Source of the DNA: the human T2T-CHM13v2.0 reference genome, Homo sapiens
Length of the DNA stretch: 64,000 bases
Assembly (NCBI RefSeq): GCF_009914755.1
Contig: NC_060936.1
Direction: 5' to 3' (one strand)
Shown piece after piece: positions 17,916 to 32,760 of this stretch (the first letter of the stretch is position 1; each line of letters begins with the position of its first letter). The notes under the pieces were generated by a model that saw nothing but the letters and a program-made list of their open reading frames with translations, ran no database searches and was not told where the DNA came from. Position numbers and translations under genes: made by a program.

Positions 17916-18948
17916 GTCACACCATTTACTAATCCTCTGTGTGTCTGTGAGTGTGTGTGTGCAGGGGTGGGTGGGTGTATGCATGCACATGGCAAAAGGA
18001 ATGGTTTAATTTTGGGTTGTCTGTTTCATCTTGTGTTATAAGAAAAGTACATTATATAAGGTAGTCTATGCCCACTAAAAAGATTGGACAGTGGGAGCTT
18101 AGAAATGCAGTTAAGTTCTGCCCCTCCTTTGTTTCTGTGGAATTTCTAGTTTAGACTTAATTGGCAGTGTCAGGTGCAAGCATGCAATTTTGTGTTTTCT
18201 TAGTTTGACAACAAGGGCACAGGTTGGGGGATGGAGAATGGAAAATGTGGGTAGGGTCTGAATCTCATTGCAGGCTGTTAACCATTTCCAGAGCCTTTAG
18301 AGTGCAAGGCTGCCATTAGCTCATAAATAAGAGAATACCTCCTTAGTTCAGAAGTGGCTCCTGCTGCTACTCATGTCATGGGCAGAGTGACTTACACGTG
18401 GGTCCTTTGGAGTGAGAGCTTTCTTTCGTTATGTTCTCTCTCCACTCATCGGCGGGTGAGGGGCTATTCTCAGCAGATAAATGAGATGCTTCACGTACTA
18501 GGCCAGAAAACAGTTGGGTTGACCTATCTATCTCCCTAGATTCCTTGGGTTTTAAGAGAACTCATGTAGTGTACCTCAGATAGCTTTCTAAAGTAAGAAA
18601 TGAGCTTAGGGGAGAGAAAGTAGCCCACTCTCCCACTTTTTGGTCTTTGGTTGACCAGGTGTCTTTTGTTCAGCAATAGAGTCTGCCACAGCCTATTTCC
18701 CATCCCCTGGTGCTAAGACTCTGGGGCCATCAGTGGATTTGTATAAAGATGTCAGAGTAAAAAAGAGTCCACATACCAGATGCGGTCTACATAATGTAGG
18801 GACTAGCAGTAAAGCCCTTGTCTGGTGAAGTTTTGCACATTCAGTCAACATTTTTCAACCAGTTGGACATCACGTCCCTCCATCTCTCACACTAAAACCC
18901 CATGATGCTGCAGGAAAAATGCAAATTCCTCTTCATCCTTACCAATAG

Positions 18949-19053
18949 GAGAGAATGAAGATGAGAAACTGAATGAAGTAATGCAGGAGGCTTGGAAGTA
19001 TAACCGGGAATGCAAACTCCTAAGAGATACTCTGCAGAGCTTCAGCTGGAATG
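18949..19053 (+). CDS. MAPKAPK5: MAPKAPK5 coding exon (exon 13), 105 nt
   Basis: ccttaccaatag|GA GAG AAT...; (G)ENEDEKLNEVMQEAWKYNRECKLLRDTLQSFSWN; donor G|gtagga, phase 1-1. Confidence 0.96.
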
Positions 19054-19567
19054 GTAGGAGCCTTCATCAACTCCCTTCCCCAGGAATGCAGACAAGTGAT
19101 TATGTTTAGAACATATAGGATCTCTTTGGGGCCTGAGCTGCGGCTGTTTTGAAGTGAAGTGAGGCTGGCTGGAGAGTGAGTGGAGCATTGTGGAATGGGG
19201 GTTAGCTCTACATTAACTGCCCAGGCATACCTGGATATCTGGCCCTTTCACTTATTTTCCGGAGTTCAAGTGAATTGTGTATTGCAGATTCAACACTAGA
19301 AAGCCCCCATCACACACCACTTGGGTAAAAAAAACCCCCAAATTTCAGAACTCCTCTCAGATACCAGGACTATTCACCAGGTCATTAAGAAGCAACAGAT
19401 GCTGAAGGGGAGAAAGAGGACAAAGTGCCAGCGAGTCCACCCTGCTGATCCCGCTGATCTGCTTGGCTTAGAGAAGAGCTGTTTCACGAAAGAGGAGAAA
19501 GTTTGCCAAATCTACTGCTGGTTAAGTTTTTTTCCCGAAGCAAATAAGGTAGAGATGAATTTCTTGA

Positions 19568-20353
<786 letters not shown>

Positions 20354-20514
20354 TAGCCTGGCCATTCCCATTCTTGGAGGAGATTCACTTCCCTGGGATT
20401 TTTTTAAAGAAAAATTTGAGGGCCAGGCACGATGGGTCACGCATGTAATCCCAACACTTTGGGAGGCCAAGGCGGGCGGATCATGAGGTCAGGAGATCAA
20501 GACCATCCTGGCTA

Positions 20515-21660
<1,146 letters not shown>

Positions 21661-21875
21661 TGAGCTTTGGATTTTTACTGCCAGGTTAGTGGAACTGTAC
21701 AATTGCTACCTGAAAAATGGGGGATCTGAACTGCTTTTGATCAGTGGTGGGGGTGGTTCCCCCACTGGTGAGGGTGAATTTGATACTGGTAAGGTGGACC
21801 TTATTGGGTCTCTGTCAAGAGTCTGCCACCTCTCAAAGAATTTGAGGACTGACCTTGTTCTTTTTTTGCTTTCAG

Positions 21876-21970
21876 GTCGTGGATTCACAGATAAAGTAGA
21901 TCGACTAAAACTGGCAGAAATTGTGAAGCAGGTGATAGAAGAGCAAACCACGTCCCACGAATCCCAATAA
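21876..21970 (+). CDS. MAPKAPK5: MAPKAPK5 last coding exon (exon 14), C-terminal ERK3/ERK4-binding region
   Basis: CTGAC branch point, T-tract, ttcag|GT CGT GGA...; (G)RGFTDKVDRLKLAEIVKQVIEEQTTSHESQ then TAA TGA. Confidence 0.97.
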
Positions 21971-22045
21971 TGACAGCTTCAGACTTTGTTTTTTTAACAA
22001 TTTGAAAAATTATTCTTTAATGTATAAAGTAATTTTATGTAAATT

Positions 22046-22245
22046 AATAAATCATAATTTCATTTCCACATTGATTAAAGCTGCTGTATAGATTTAGGGT
22101 GCAGGACTTAATAATAGTATAGTTATTGTTTGTTTTTAAGAAAAGCTCAGTTCTAGAGACATACTATTACTTTAGGACTGTGTAGTTGTATATTTGTAAG
22201 ATGACAGATGATGCTGTCAAGCAATATTGTTTTATTTGTAATAAA
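22046..22245 (+). terminator. MAPKAPK5: Proximal polyadenylation signals of MAPKAPK5
   Basis: AATAAA 22046-22051, ATTAAA 22074-22079, AATAAA 22240-22245 in an AU-rich UTR with several TGTA motifs. Confidence 0.7.
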
Positions 22246-22664
22246 ATATACAAAAATCACTTGCCAGCAGTAGAAAAAGGACCGACTATACCGACCTTTC
22301 TGATTAGTAAACAGTTGAATCAAGGACTCTGGATTCTGGTTTCAATTGCCCTGTGTGTTTATTTTCCACACCATTGCTAGATTAGCTCTACTGCCAAGAC
22401 ATTTTTGTGGCTGTCATTGCAGACTGCTTGCTGGAACTCACAGGAGGCACACTTGAGCTTGGGGAGCCAACTTCCATGATGGAAGAAGAGGGAGGTGAGC
22501 CCTCATTTCTCCTGCCCCCTAATTCCCAAGAGAAAAGCAGGAACATTTCCTTTTTGTCATATCTGTTAAAAGGGTACTGGTGTGTTTCTTAAATCTAACA
22601 GGGTTTTCTTTTGGGTTTATTCTTTTTTTTTTTTTTTTTTTGAGACAGAGTCTTGCTGTTGTAG

Positions 22665-23255
<591 letters not shown>

Positions 23256-23668
23256 TAACCGGAGCTTCCCTTTCCCCTTCCAGGAGGTCCTGCTTTGTCC
23301 TTTCCCCTTCCCTGCAGCCTTCACCAGCTCCATTACTCCTTATTTCTGTTCCCTGTTCCTCTGGTCCTGTTTTTGGAATAACTTGTCCGAGAAATTTACA
23401 TATAATTAATTGAAGTGGGACTATTGGATTATCATGTAAGATGATCCAGTTTTGGTTTTTTTTTTTATAAGGCTGCCCTGTTTCTCTGTAATATGTCTGT
23501 CTGGGTTTTGTGTTGGCATCCTCTGGGCTGCATTTATCTTGTTTATTACCCTTCATTTTCAGGAAGCATGGTTTTGGCCCCGAGAGCAGCTGTTTGAAGG
23601 AAAAATAAGGCTAGGTCCTTTTTTAGTTTTCTGTTGTGAGTATGGGTTTCCATAACAAACCAATTTTC

Positions 23669-23675
<7 letters not shown>

Positions 23676-23701
<26 letters not shown>
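23676..23701. repeat. (TG)n microsatellite
   Basis: About 13 TG units downstream of the MAPKAPK5 stop. Confidence 0.9.
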
Positions 23702-24385
23702 AAGCAGTTTTTGGTGGGTACTTACGTTGGTACATAGAAAAGCTGGCAGGTAGACTCCAGCTCGCAGAGCAGAGGGAGAGGATAGTCATCTGTTATTCAA
23801 TTTTTTCTCATCTCATTCTCTTCGATCAAAATTGATCTCACCAGCAACTTATTTTCTAACTCCTCCACTGTGCTGAGTAATTCCTCCACCCTGAATCTTC
23901 AGGGTGACATTTGGTTAGTATGCCCTGTATGTGTGTGACTGCCTGTGGGAATAGATGATAAAAAACAAGTGTCTTAAGAATTACCTTATTACATTGCTTC
24001 CTTTTTTTTTTTTTTTTTTTTTTGAGATGGATTCTTGCTCTGTCGCCCAGGCTGGAGTGCAGTGGCGCGATCTTGGCTCACTGCAAGCTCTGCCTCCCAG
24101 GTTCACACCATTCTCCTACCTCAGCCTCCTGAGTAGCTGGGACTATACAGGTGCCCGCCACCGCGCCCGGCTAATTTCTTTTTGTATTTTTAGTAGAGAC
24201 AGGGTTTCACCGTGTTAGCCAGGATGGTCTTGATCTCCTGACCTCGTGATCCGCCCACCTCAGCCTCCAAAAGTGCTGGGATTACAGGTGTGAGCCACTG
24301 CACCCAGCCTACATTGGTTCCTTTTTATCTTGGAGAATTTAATTGAAAGATATTTTTTGAGATAAAGTTCACTAATCTTAGGTGA

Positions 24386-24718
<333 letters not shown>

Positions 24719-25826
24719 TGAGCCACCGTGCGCGACCTGAATACTTTTCATGATGGCAAAATCTCACCGGCAACAGAAGAAAAACCAATGTTTTTAAATT
24801 TACTGACCAGAAAACTTGACTGAGAGTTGAATTAAGTGCCTGTTGTTGTGTTTTTCAGTGAAATGCAAATCTTACAGATCACTTCTTACAGTTAGGAATA
24901 CTGCACTTGTTTGTGTAATATTAGAACAACTGTAGTTTTCCTATCTTAGGGCAGAGGTTCAGTATTCCATGGGGAGAAAAAAACAGTAATTATCTTTGTT
25001 ACTCTTCTTCTTTAGAGGAATATTCTAGCATATCCATTATATCCATAACTTCTTAAATTTGTGACTTGGGTGTCTTCTAAAAAGGCTCAGGATGATTATT
25101 TTTTCCTTCAGTGTATGCTGAATTTTAGGTGCGATGGAAAAGGTATCCAAAGTGATACTCCCTTTGACTCTGAGCATCAGTTGCCCGTGTTTCAGTCACT
25201 TCAAGCTGAATTCATGCCCTCAATGTAAGTGCTGTGTCCAGACACATCCAAATGAGCACCAAGCTGGAAGTTTGTGAACACTCTGGAGGATGCCCCAGCT
25301 GTTGTAATGCAACAGCATACCTTGAAAAAAAACAGTAGCTCCCAAGGGACTCAGCATGGCTTGGTCTTCGAAGTGGAGTTTTGTTTGTGTATTCCTAGTC
25401 CAGCAGTAAATTCTGCTTTAACATAACTGTCAGGTTTGCTACTCGAAATTTGCACATAACTGGAAGTGAAACGATATCTTTCTCATATTTTTTGGCCTAA
25501 CAAACACCTATACCTGTGGAAACATAACACTGTAAATATAATTCTTATAAAGCAGCAGGTTATGCTCTCCTGTTTGCCTACATGATTTATTAACCTTCTG
25601 CTTACTAAAGCCATTACTGGTCAATCAGATACTTTTAGACTTTACCACAGTTATAAAAGTCAGCTTGATGTAGTAAAAAAACTTGTCTCTCTCTGACTAA
25701 TATGTATGAATATAGGAGAATCCCAGTCTGAATTTACTGTTTGAAACATAGATGAGGCTCAGCGTGGTGGCTCATGCCTTTAGTAATCCCAGCACTTTGG
25801 GAAGCTGAGGCGGGCAGATCACCTTA

Positions 25827-26100
<274 letters not shown>

Positions 26101-28051
26101 TCAAGCAATCCTCCTGCCTCAGCCTTCTAAGTAGCTGGGACTACAGGAGCAAACCACTGTGCCTGGCAGGAATTACTCTTTAAAAAGAGTTTATGTTGCT
26201 TGTATTCATTTGAGAAAAAATGAGTTGAAGAAATGGTAATTGTTGGTCAAAGAAGCCAAAAGATTTAAATAAGGTCTTGTGTGTGGGTATGTGTATGTGC
26301 ATGTATTTATTGAAGAAAATAAGTTTCAATTTGAGAATTAGAAAATTGGATATTTCATTTTAATTATTTATTTAAAGAGTAGAGTGTTCTTCCATTATTG
26401 AATCTTCTTTTATCCCACCAAATGGCTTAACCTAATTTGCGCTGCCTATTTTGGTTAAGAAACAGGGAAACACCCTAAAATCTGTGATAATTTTCAAAAT
26501 ACAATTTTAAGAAGCTTTGCGCTTACATAAATCACAAGAAATACAGCTGGAAATCATTTCACTTTTCTTGCTGTAAATTTTTTTAGTGGGTTTGTGACAG
26601 TATAAATTTTCTTGCTAGATGCTAATGATACATTGTATTATCTGTATTAGGAATTAAATATTTAATAGGAATAGTGAATAAATTGATCTGCTCTCATGCT
26701 GTTATCTAAGATCTTATGCTACCATTACATTCCTTTCTGTAGTCGTATCTCATATTTGAAAGGTCTCATGTTGTAAATATTTGACTTGCTGTAAAATTAT
26801 ACAAGATAAAAAATGTAGAGTTTTATTTTTCTTCATCTAGAATGCACAGAATAACTGCGTAAGGAATGGGTGCATAGGGCTTCTTTTCCTTTTAAATTTG
26901 TACTGCTAAATACACCAAGGAAATTGACATCAAAACCAAATTCAAGGACTTCCACAGACATTTCAGGTCAATTTTAGTTCCAAACCGAAGAAATCTTTTA
27001 AAAGTTCTTATATAGCCCAGTTTTCTTTTCTTGATGAAATGTTAACTAGACACCTGGTTAGTCAGCTTTTATTTTGACCCCACAGTTTTTTTTTTGAGAC
27101 GGATTCTCACTCTGTTGCCCAGGTTGGAGTGCAATGGTGTGATCTCGGCTTACTGCAACCTACGCCTCCTGGGTTCAAGCGATTCTCCTGCCTCACCTTC
27201 CTGAGTAGCTGAGATTACAGGCGCCTGCCACCACGCCCCGCTAATTTTTGCATTTTTAGTAGGGACAGGGTTTCACCATGCTGGCCAGGCTGGTCTCGAA
27301 CTCCCGACCTCAGGTGATCCGCCTGCCTCGGCCTCCCAAAGTGCTGGGATTACAGGGGTGAGCCACCGTGCCCGGGCCCCACACTTTGTTTTTATGTTAG
27401 GGCAGTTGGAGGAACTGAACTTTGATCCTGATCCTTTATATACTCCCATGGTGAAACTTGAGCCCATTTTACTTAACACAATATATCCGTGCATTAGGAA
27501 AACTTGGTAGAGAAGATTATATGCAGATATAAAATATCTAAACTCATTTGTTATGAACCAACGATAATGAGGGAAAACTTGGACATCCACATACAGATTT
27601 TCTTGAATTAAAGAAAAAAACCAGACACTGACAAAGGAGAGCTGAACTGATAAATGGTACCCTGAAAACTGCAGAAATGAGGGAAAGAGGCAGTGGGCCA
27701 CAAAGAACTTTGTCCTTTTCAGAGATCCCCAGAGAAGCCCTGCCCCCTTCCCCCCACCCCCTGACAGAATGTTGTGTTTCAAAGAATGAGCAGATTAACG
27801 GATATCAAGTTGTGTGGCCTGAGCTGAGGATAAAGAATAATTTGCCTGAGGAGTTACAGTACTGGCTGGATCACTACAGGCCTTCTACTTGGAATATCTT
27901 CCCATGAAAGTAAAAGGAATATAACTAAGGAAGATTAAAGTTGTTGCTGTTGGAAGGAAGACATACTAAAGAAACTGCCGAAGGCCAGGAGAGAAGCAGG
28001 AAGAGAAACACGGCTTGAAGTTCTGTAAGAATCAGAGTTGGGCAAGAACTG

Positions 28052-28056
28052 CCAAT
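28052..28056 (+). promoter_or_regulatory. Possible CCAAT box upstream of ADAM1A
   Basis: GCCAATAAG about 120 nt upstream of the ATG; motif only. Confidence 0.25.
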
Positions 28057-28171
28057 AAGGGAGCCAGCGTAGATCTGAGTACTAAACACCTGAGCCTCCG
28101 AGGGTTTGTGTGCGAGGGAGAGCTCTGCTGATGGACATAGGCCCAGAATCATTAACTGATTTATTTGGGCC

Positions 28172-30614
28172 ATGTCACTGGTGGCATTATTAAAAGACTC
28201 TGCCAACATCCTGCTTTATGGAAAAACCAAGTGGCCTTGGAAGAGGCTAAGATAAAGTTTCAAACTTGGGCTCCACAGAAGTGGAACTTAAGGCTGGGGC
28301 TAGTACCAGGACCTTCATGTATCAGGTTAGAGATTTTGATGCTTTTGGTGATTTTTGTGCCAAGCATGTACTGTCACCTGGGATCAATCTATTACTCTTT
28401 CTATGAAATAATTATTCCAAAGAGGCTGACAGTCCAGGGAGGAGATAGCCCAGTGGAAGGACTGTCCTACTTGTTACTTATGCAAGGCCAGAAGCACCTG
28501 GTTCATCTGAAGGTGAAGAGAAACCATTTTGTGAATAACTTTCCAGTCTACAGTTACCACAATGGCCTCCTGGGGCAAGAATCGCCTTTCATCTCACATG
28601 ACTGCCACTATGAAGGCTACATAGAAGGAGTGTCAGGTTCTTTTGTTTCTGTCAACATCTGTGCAGGTCTCAGGGGCACATCCTCCTGATTAAGGAGGAA
28701 AAATCTTACAGCATTGAGCCCATGGACTCTTCAAGACGGTTTGAACATGTGTTATACACCATGGCACATCAAGCGTGAGTCTCCTGTGGTGTCTACTAGC
28801 TGGCAACAAGGGAGCAGGAAGCCTCATGATCTACAGGCACTGTCCTACTTGTGGTCACACAAAAAGTACGTGGAGATGTTTGTCGTGGTCAACAACCAGC
28901 GGTTCCAGATGTGGGGCAGTAACGTCAATGAGACGGTCCAGACAGTAGTGGATGTCATTGCTCTGGCCAACAGCTTCACTAGGGGAATAAACACAGAGGT
29001 GGTGCTGGCTGGAATGGAGATTTGGACCGAGGGGGACCTAATAGATGTCACAGTGGACTTGCAAATCACACTCAGGAATTTCAATCACTGGAGACAAGAG
29101 ATGCTCTTCCATCGTGCAAAACACGATGTTGCCCACATGATCGTTGGGCATCACCCTGGACAGAATATGGGCCAGGCCTTTCTCAGTGGTGCCTGCTCAA
29201 GCGGTTTTGCGGCAGCTGTTGAATCCTTCCATCATGAAGATGTGCTGTTGTTTGCAGCCCTGATGGCCCATGAGCTCGGGCACAACCTGGGTATTCAGCA
29301 CGACCACTCGGCCTGCTTTTGTAAAGATAAGCACTTTTGCCTCATGCATGAAAATATCACAAAAGAAAGTGGCTTCAGCAGCTGCAGCTCTGACTACTTC
29401 TACCAGTTCCTTCGAGAACACAAAGGGGCCTGCCTATTTAACAAGCCACGGCCCAGGGGCCGCAAGCGTAGGGATTCTGCCTGTGGAAATGGTGTGGTGG
29501 AGGACACGGAGCAGTGTGACTGTGGTTCTCTATGTCAGCATCATGCATGCTGTGATGAAAACTGTATACTGAAGGCGAAAGCAGAGTGCAGTGATGGTCC
29601 ATGTTGTCATAAGTGTAAATTTCACCGTAAGGGATATCCTTGCTGTCCTTCTAGTCGTTCCTGTGATCTCCCAGAATTTTGCAATGGTACATCTGCATTA
29701 TGCCCCAACAACAGGCATAAGCAAGATGGCTCAAAATGTCATACAATTTACGAGTGCCTTAAAGTTCATTGTATGGACCCTAATAATCAGTGCTTACAAT
29801 TATATGGATATGGTGCAAAATCAGCCTCACAAGAGTGTTACAATTCAATGAACAGCAAAGGGGACCAATTTGGAAACTGTGGCATTTCTACCAGTCCTGG
29901 GTCACAATATGTTCGGTGTTCAGATGGTAATATATTTTGTGGGAAACTTATATGTTCAGGTATTACAGGCTTACCAAAAATCAATCTCCAACATACAATG
30001 ATTCAGGTCCCTCAGGGAGATGGCTCATGTTGGAGCATGGATGCCTATATGAGTACTGACATTCCTGATGAAGGAGATGTGCACAATGGCACTTACTGTG
30101 CACCAAACAAAGTCTGCCTGAATTCCGCCTGCACAGATAAAACCCCAGTGATTTCTGCCTGCAACCCAGAAAAAACGTGTAATGGGAAGGGAGTTTGTAA
30201 TGATTTAGGGCACTGCCACTGTAATGAAGGGCATGCCCCCCCTGACTGTGTTACTGCAGGAAGTGGAGGTAGTGTGGACAGTGGCCCTCCTGGTAAGCTA
30301 GGTGGGACACCTTCAGGAGAAGGTGAAAATCACAATATGACTCATTCCAGACGTGAAGAACATGCTGTAGACATGATGATATTATCATTCATTATACTTT
30401 TTATAATATTATTATTAAGTACAATTATTTGATCTGCTTGCTTAAAAAATCACCAGAGGCTGCCCCGGCAGAAGCTCCTCCAGCAGTGGCTCCACCACCG
30501 GCCCCAGAAATAAAGCCAGAAGCAGCAGAAGTGGCCACAGAAGAAAAAGAAGAGAAGGAGGAAGAAAAAGAAGAGGAGGAGGAGGAAGAAGAGGAGGAAG
30601 AATCAGATTCCTAA
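28172..30614 (+). pseudogene. ADAM1A: Fertilin-alpha (ADAM1) intronless pseudogene: leader, prodomain, metalloprotease, disintegrin, Cys-rich, EGF, TM, acidic tail
   Basis: ATG at 28172 (GGGCCATGT); prodomain in ORF 28165-28689; HELGHNLGIQHD at 29269-29304; CLM Met-turn; RGRKRR at 29455-29472; CGNGVVE disintegrin start; TM at ~30373-30445; Glu-rich tail in a shifted frame. Frameshifts near 28215, 28680, 28790 and 30430, plus a TGA at 28776-28778. Confidence 0.95.
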
Positions 30615-31105
30615 GGTTAGAAATAGGGAGATGAAGCCAAGTATATCAAACTCCTCAAGTACTGAGTGGGAATGAGATGTTTGGTGAAGTAGAAATAGAT
30701 AGCTTTAGTGGCTCTGACTCAGATATACTGATGTAGAAGGAAGGATTCTTTCACTTTTATTATTTATTTTGGTAATTAAATTTACATTAATTTAATATGT
30801 TAAATATTTTAGTACCTTTTGCTTTTTCACATTTCATTTGAACCATTAACATGCATCTTTGGACATCAATGTCCTTGTCTTTTTGGCCCAATTGTTTTAG
30901 TCACCAGAAACTTTTTCAGGACATGCTATCTTCTATTTGTTTGACATACAGAATCATATGTACCTGAATTTATTACTAACTCTGGGATTTTCATTTTAAG
31001 TAACAACTACCTATTATGTGAGGACAGTTGTTTATGTGATTGGTTGTTCTAACTTGCCCTATAAATGTGCATTCATCAAAGGAGAAGTTTTTAAATCCAA
31101 AAACA

Positions 31106-31111
31106 AATAAA
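31106..31111 (+). terminator. PolyA signal downstream of ADAM1A
   Basis: AATAAA about 490 nt after the ancestral stop, following an AT-rich UTR-like segment. Confidence 0.6.
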
Positions 31112-32614
31112 ACCCGATTCATATTAGACAACTCTTCAGGTTCCACATGGTATAGTTACTGAGTCCACTTTATTCTGGGGCACTGTGGGAGGGACTATAT
31201 CAAAGTAGAAGACCCTGATTGCCCGTAGGTTAAGAGGTCAGCATTGAGGTCACCTGCTTTCCAAATCTGGCAGATGTTTAATATGATATATGTATATTTG
31301 ATTTATTACTTCCCAATATTTCTAGATGCTTCCTATAGCCATCCTCCCTTTTTACCTAAAATACTTTTTTTCTTCGAGGCCAGTTTTGTTTTGTTTTTTT
31401 TTTTTTTTTTTGAGATGGAGTCTTGCTCTGTCACCCAGGCTGGAGTGCAGTGGTGCGATCTCAGCTCACTGCAACCTCCGCCTCCCAGGTTAAGTGATTC
31501 TCCTGCCTTAGCCGCCAGAATAGCTGGGATTACAGGTGCATGCCATCACACCCGGCTTATTTTTGTATTTTTAGTAGAGACGGGGTTTCTCCATGTTGGC
31601 CAGGCTGGTCTCAAACTCCTGATCTACCTGCCTCAGACTCCCAAATTGAGGCCAACTTTCATAGCTCTTCTGTTTTACTAATTTTCCTGGGATGAACTTC
31701 ATACCCCTCAGATAACTCGTGGCTGATGAACATCACTTAGAGTTAGGAAAACTGTGTTTACATTAATTCTATAATAGTATACTGGCATCTACCACAGTGC
31801 TGAGTATATGTATGAAATTAAACTATTTTTGGCCAGGCACGGTGGCTCACACCTGTAATCCCAGCACTTTGGGAGGCTGAGGAGGGCGGATCACCTGAGG
31901 TCAGGAGTTTGAGAACAGTCTGGACAACGTAGTGAAACCCCGTCTCTACTAAAAATACAAAAATTACCCGGGAGTAGTAGCATGTGCCTGTAGTTCCAGC
32001 TACTCTGGAGGCTTGAAGCAGGTGAACTGCTTGAAACTGGGAGGTTGAGGCTACAGTGAGCCAAGATCACACCACTGTACTCCAGCCTGGGTGACAAAGC
32101 GAGACTCTGTCTCAAAAAAAAAAACAAAAACTAAAAATAAATATTTTTTCCTCTAGTTTTCATTTTTAAAAAATTTATTTATATTAATAACTTGTTGATT
32201 GAATATCAGAAGGAACTTCTCCAGTACAGGTAATAGAGTTCTGGAGGTGGCAATTACTTCTCTGAGAAGAGAGCACAAAGCAAATATAATGTTAACATTA
32301 GGCCAGGCTTGGTGGCTCATGCCTGTAATCCCCACACTTTGGGAGGCCAAGTTGAAAGGATCACTTTTGGCCAGGAATTCAAGATCAGCCTGAGCAACAT
32401 AGTAAGACCCTGTCTCTCCAAAAAAAAAAAAAAAAAAAAAAATTAGCTGGGCATAGTGGTGTGCAGCTATAATCCCAGCTACTCAGGAGGCTAAGCCAGG
32501 AGGATTGCTGAGTCCAGGAGTTTGAGGTTGCAGTGAGCTATGATACCACCACAGTACTCTAGCCTGGGCGACAGAGCAAGACCCTGTCTCAGATAAATAA
32601 AAACCATTCATTCT

Positions 32615-32760
32615 GTTCTAGGCACTGTGTTAAAGCAATACTTTACATTCATTGCCTTAATTTAATCCTCCCAACTTCCCAATAAAACCTCCATCTTGTA
32701 CATGAGGAAACAGAGACTGAAGAGTTTGCTCTAGAGCTAGCTAGTAAGTGGTGGGACCTG
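32615..32760. mobile_element. MIR fragment
   Basis: CTAGGCACTGTG..TTTAATCCTC..ATGAGGAAACAGAG..CTAGTAAGTGG core. Confidence 0.6.

Noticed and set aside
21741-21768. CAGTGGTGGGGG...CCCCCACTG short hairpin ~110 nt upstream of the last acceptor
   Set aside because: Short, low-complexity stem; expected by chance without conservation data.
27273-27907. 169-aa (-) and 76-aa (+) ORFs upstream of ADAM1A
   Set aside because: No recognisable domain; the longer one ends in an Alu.
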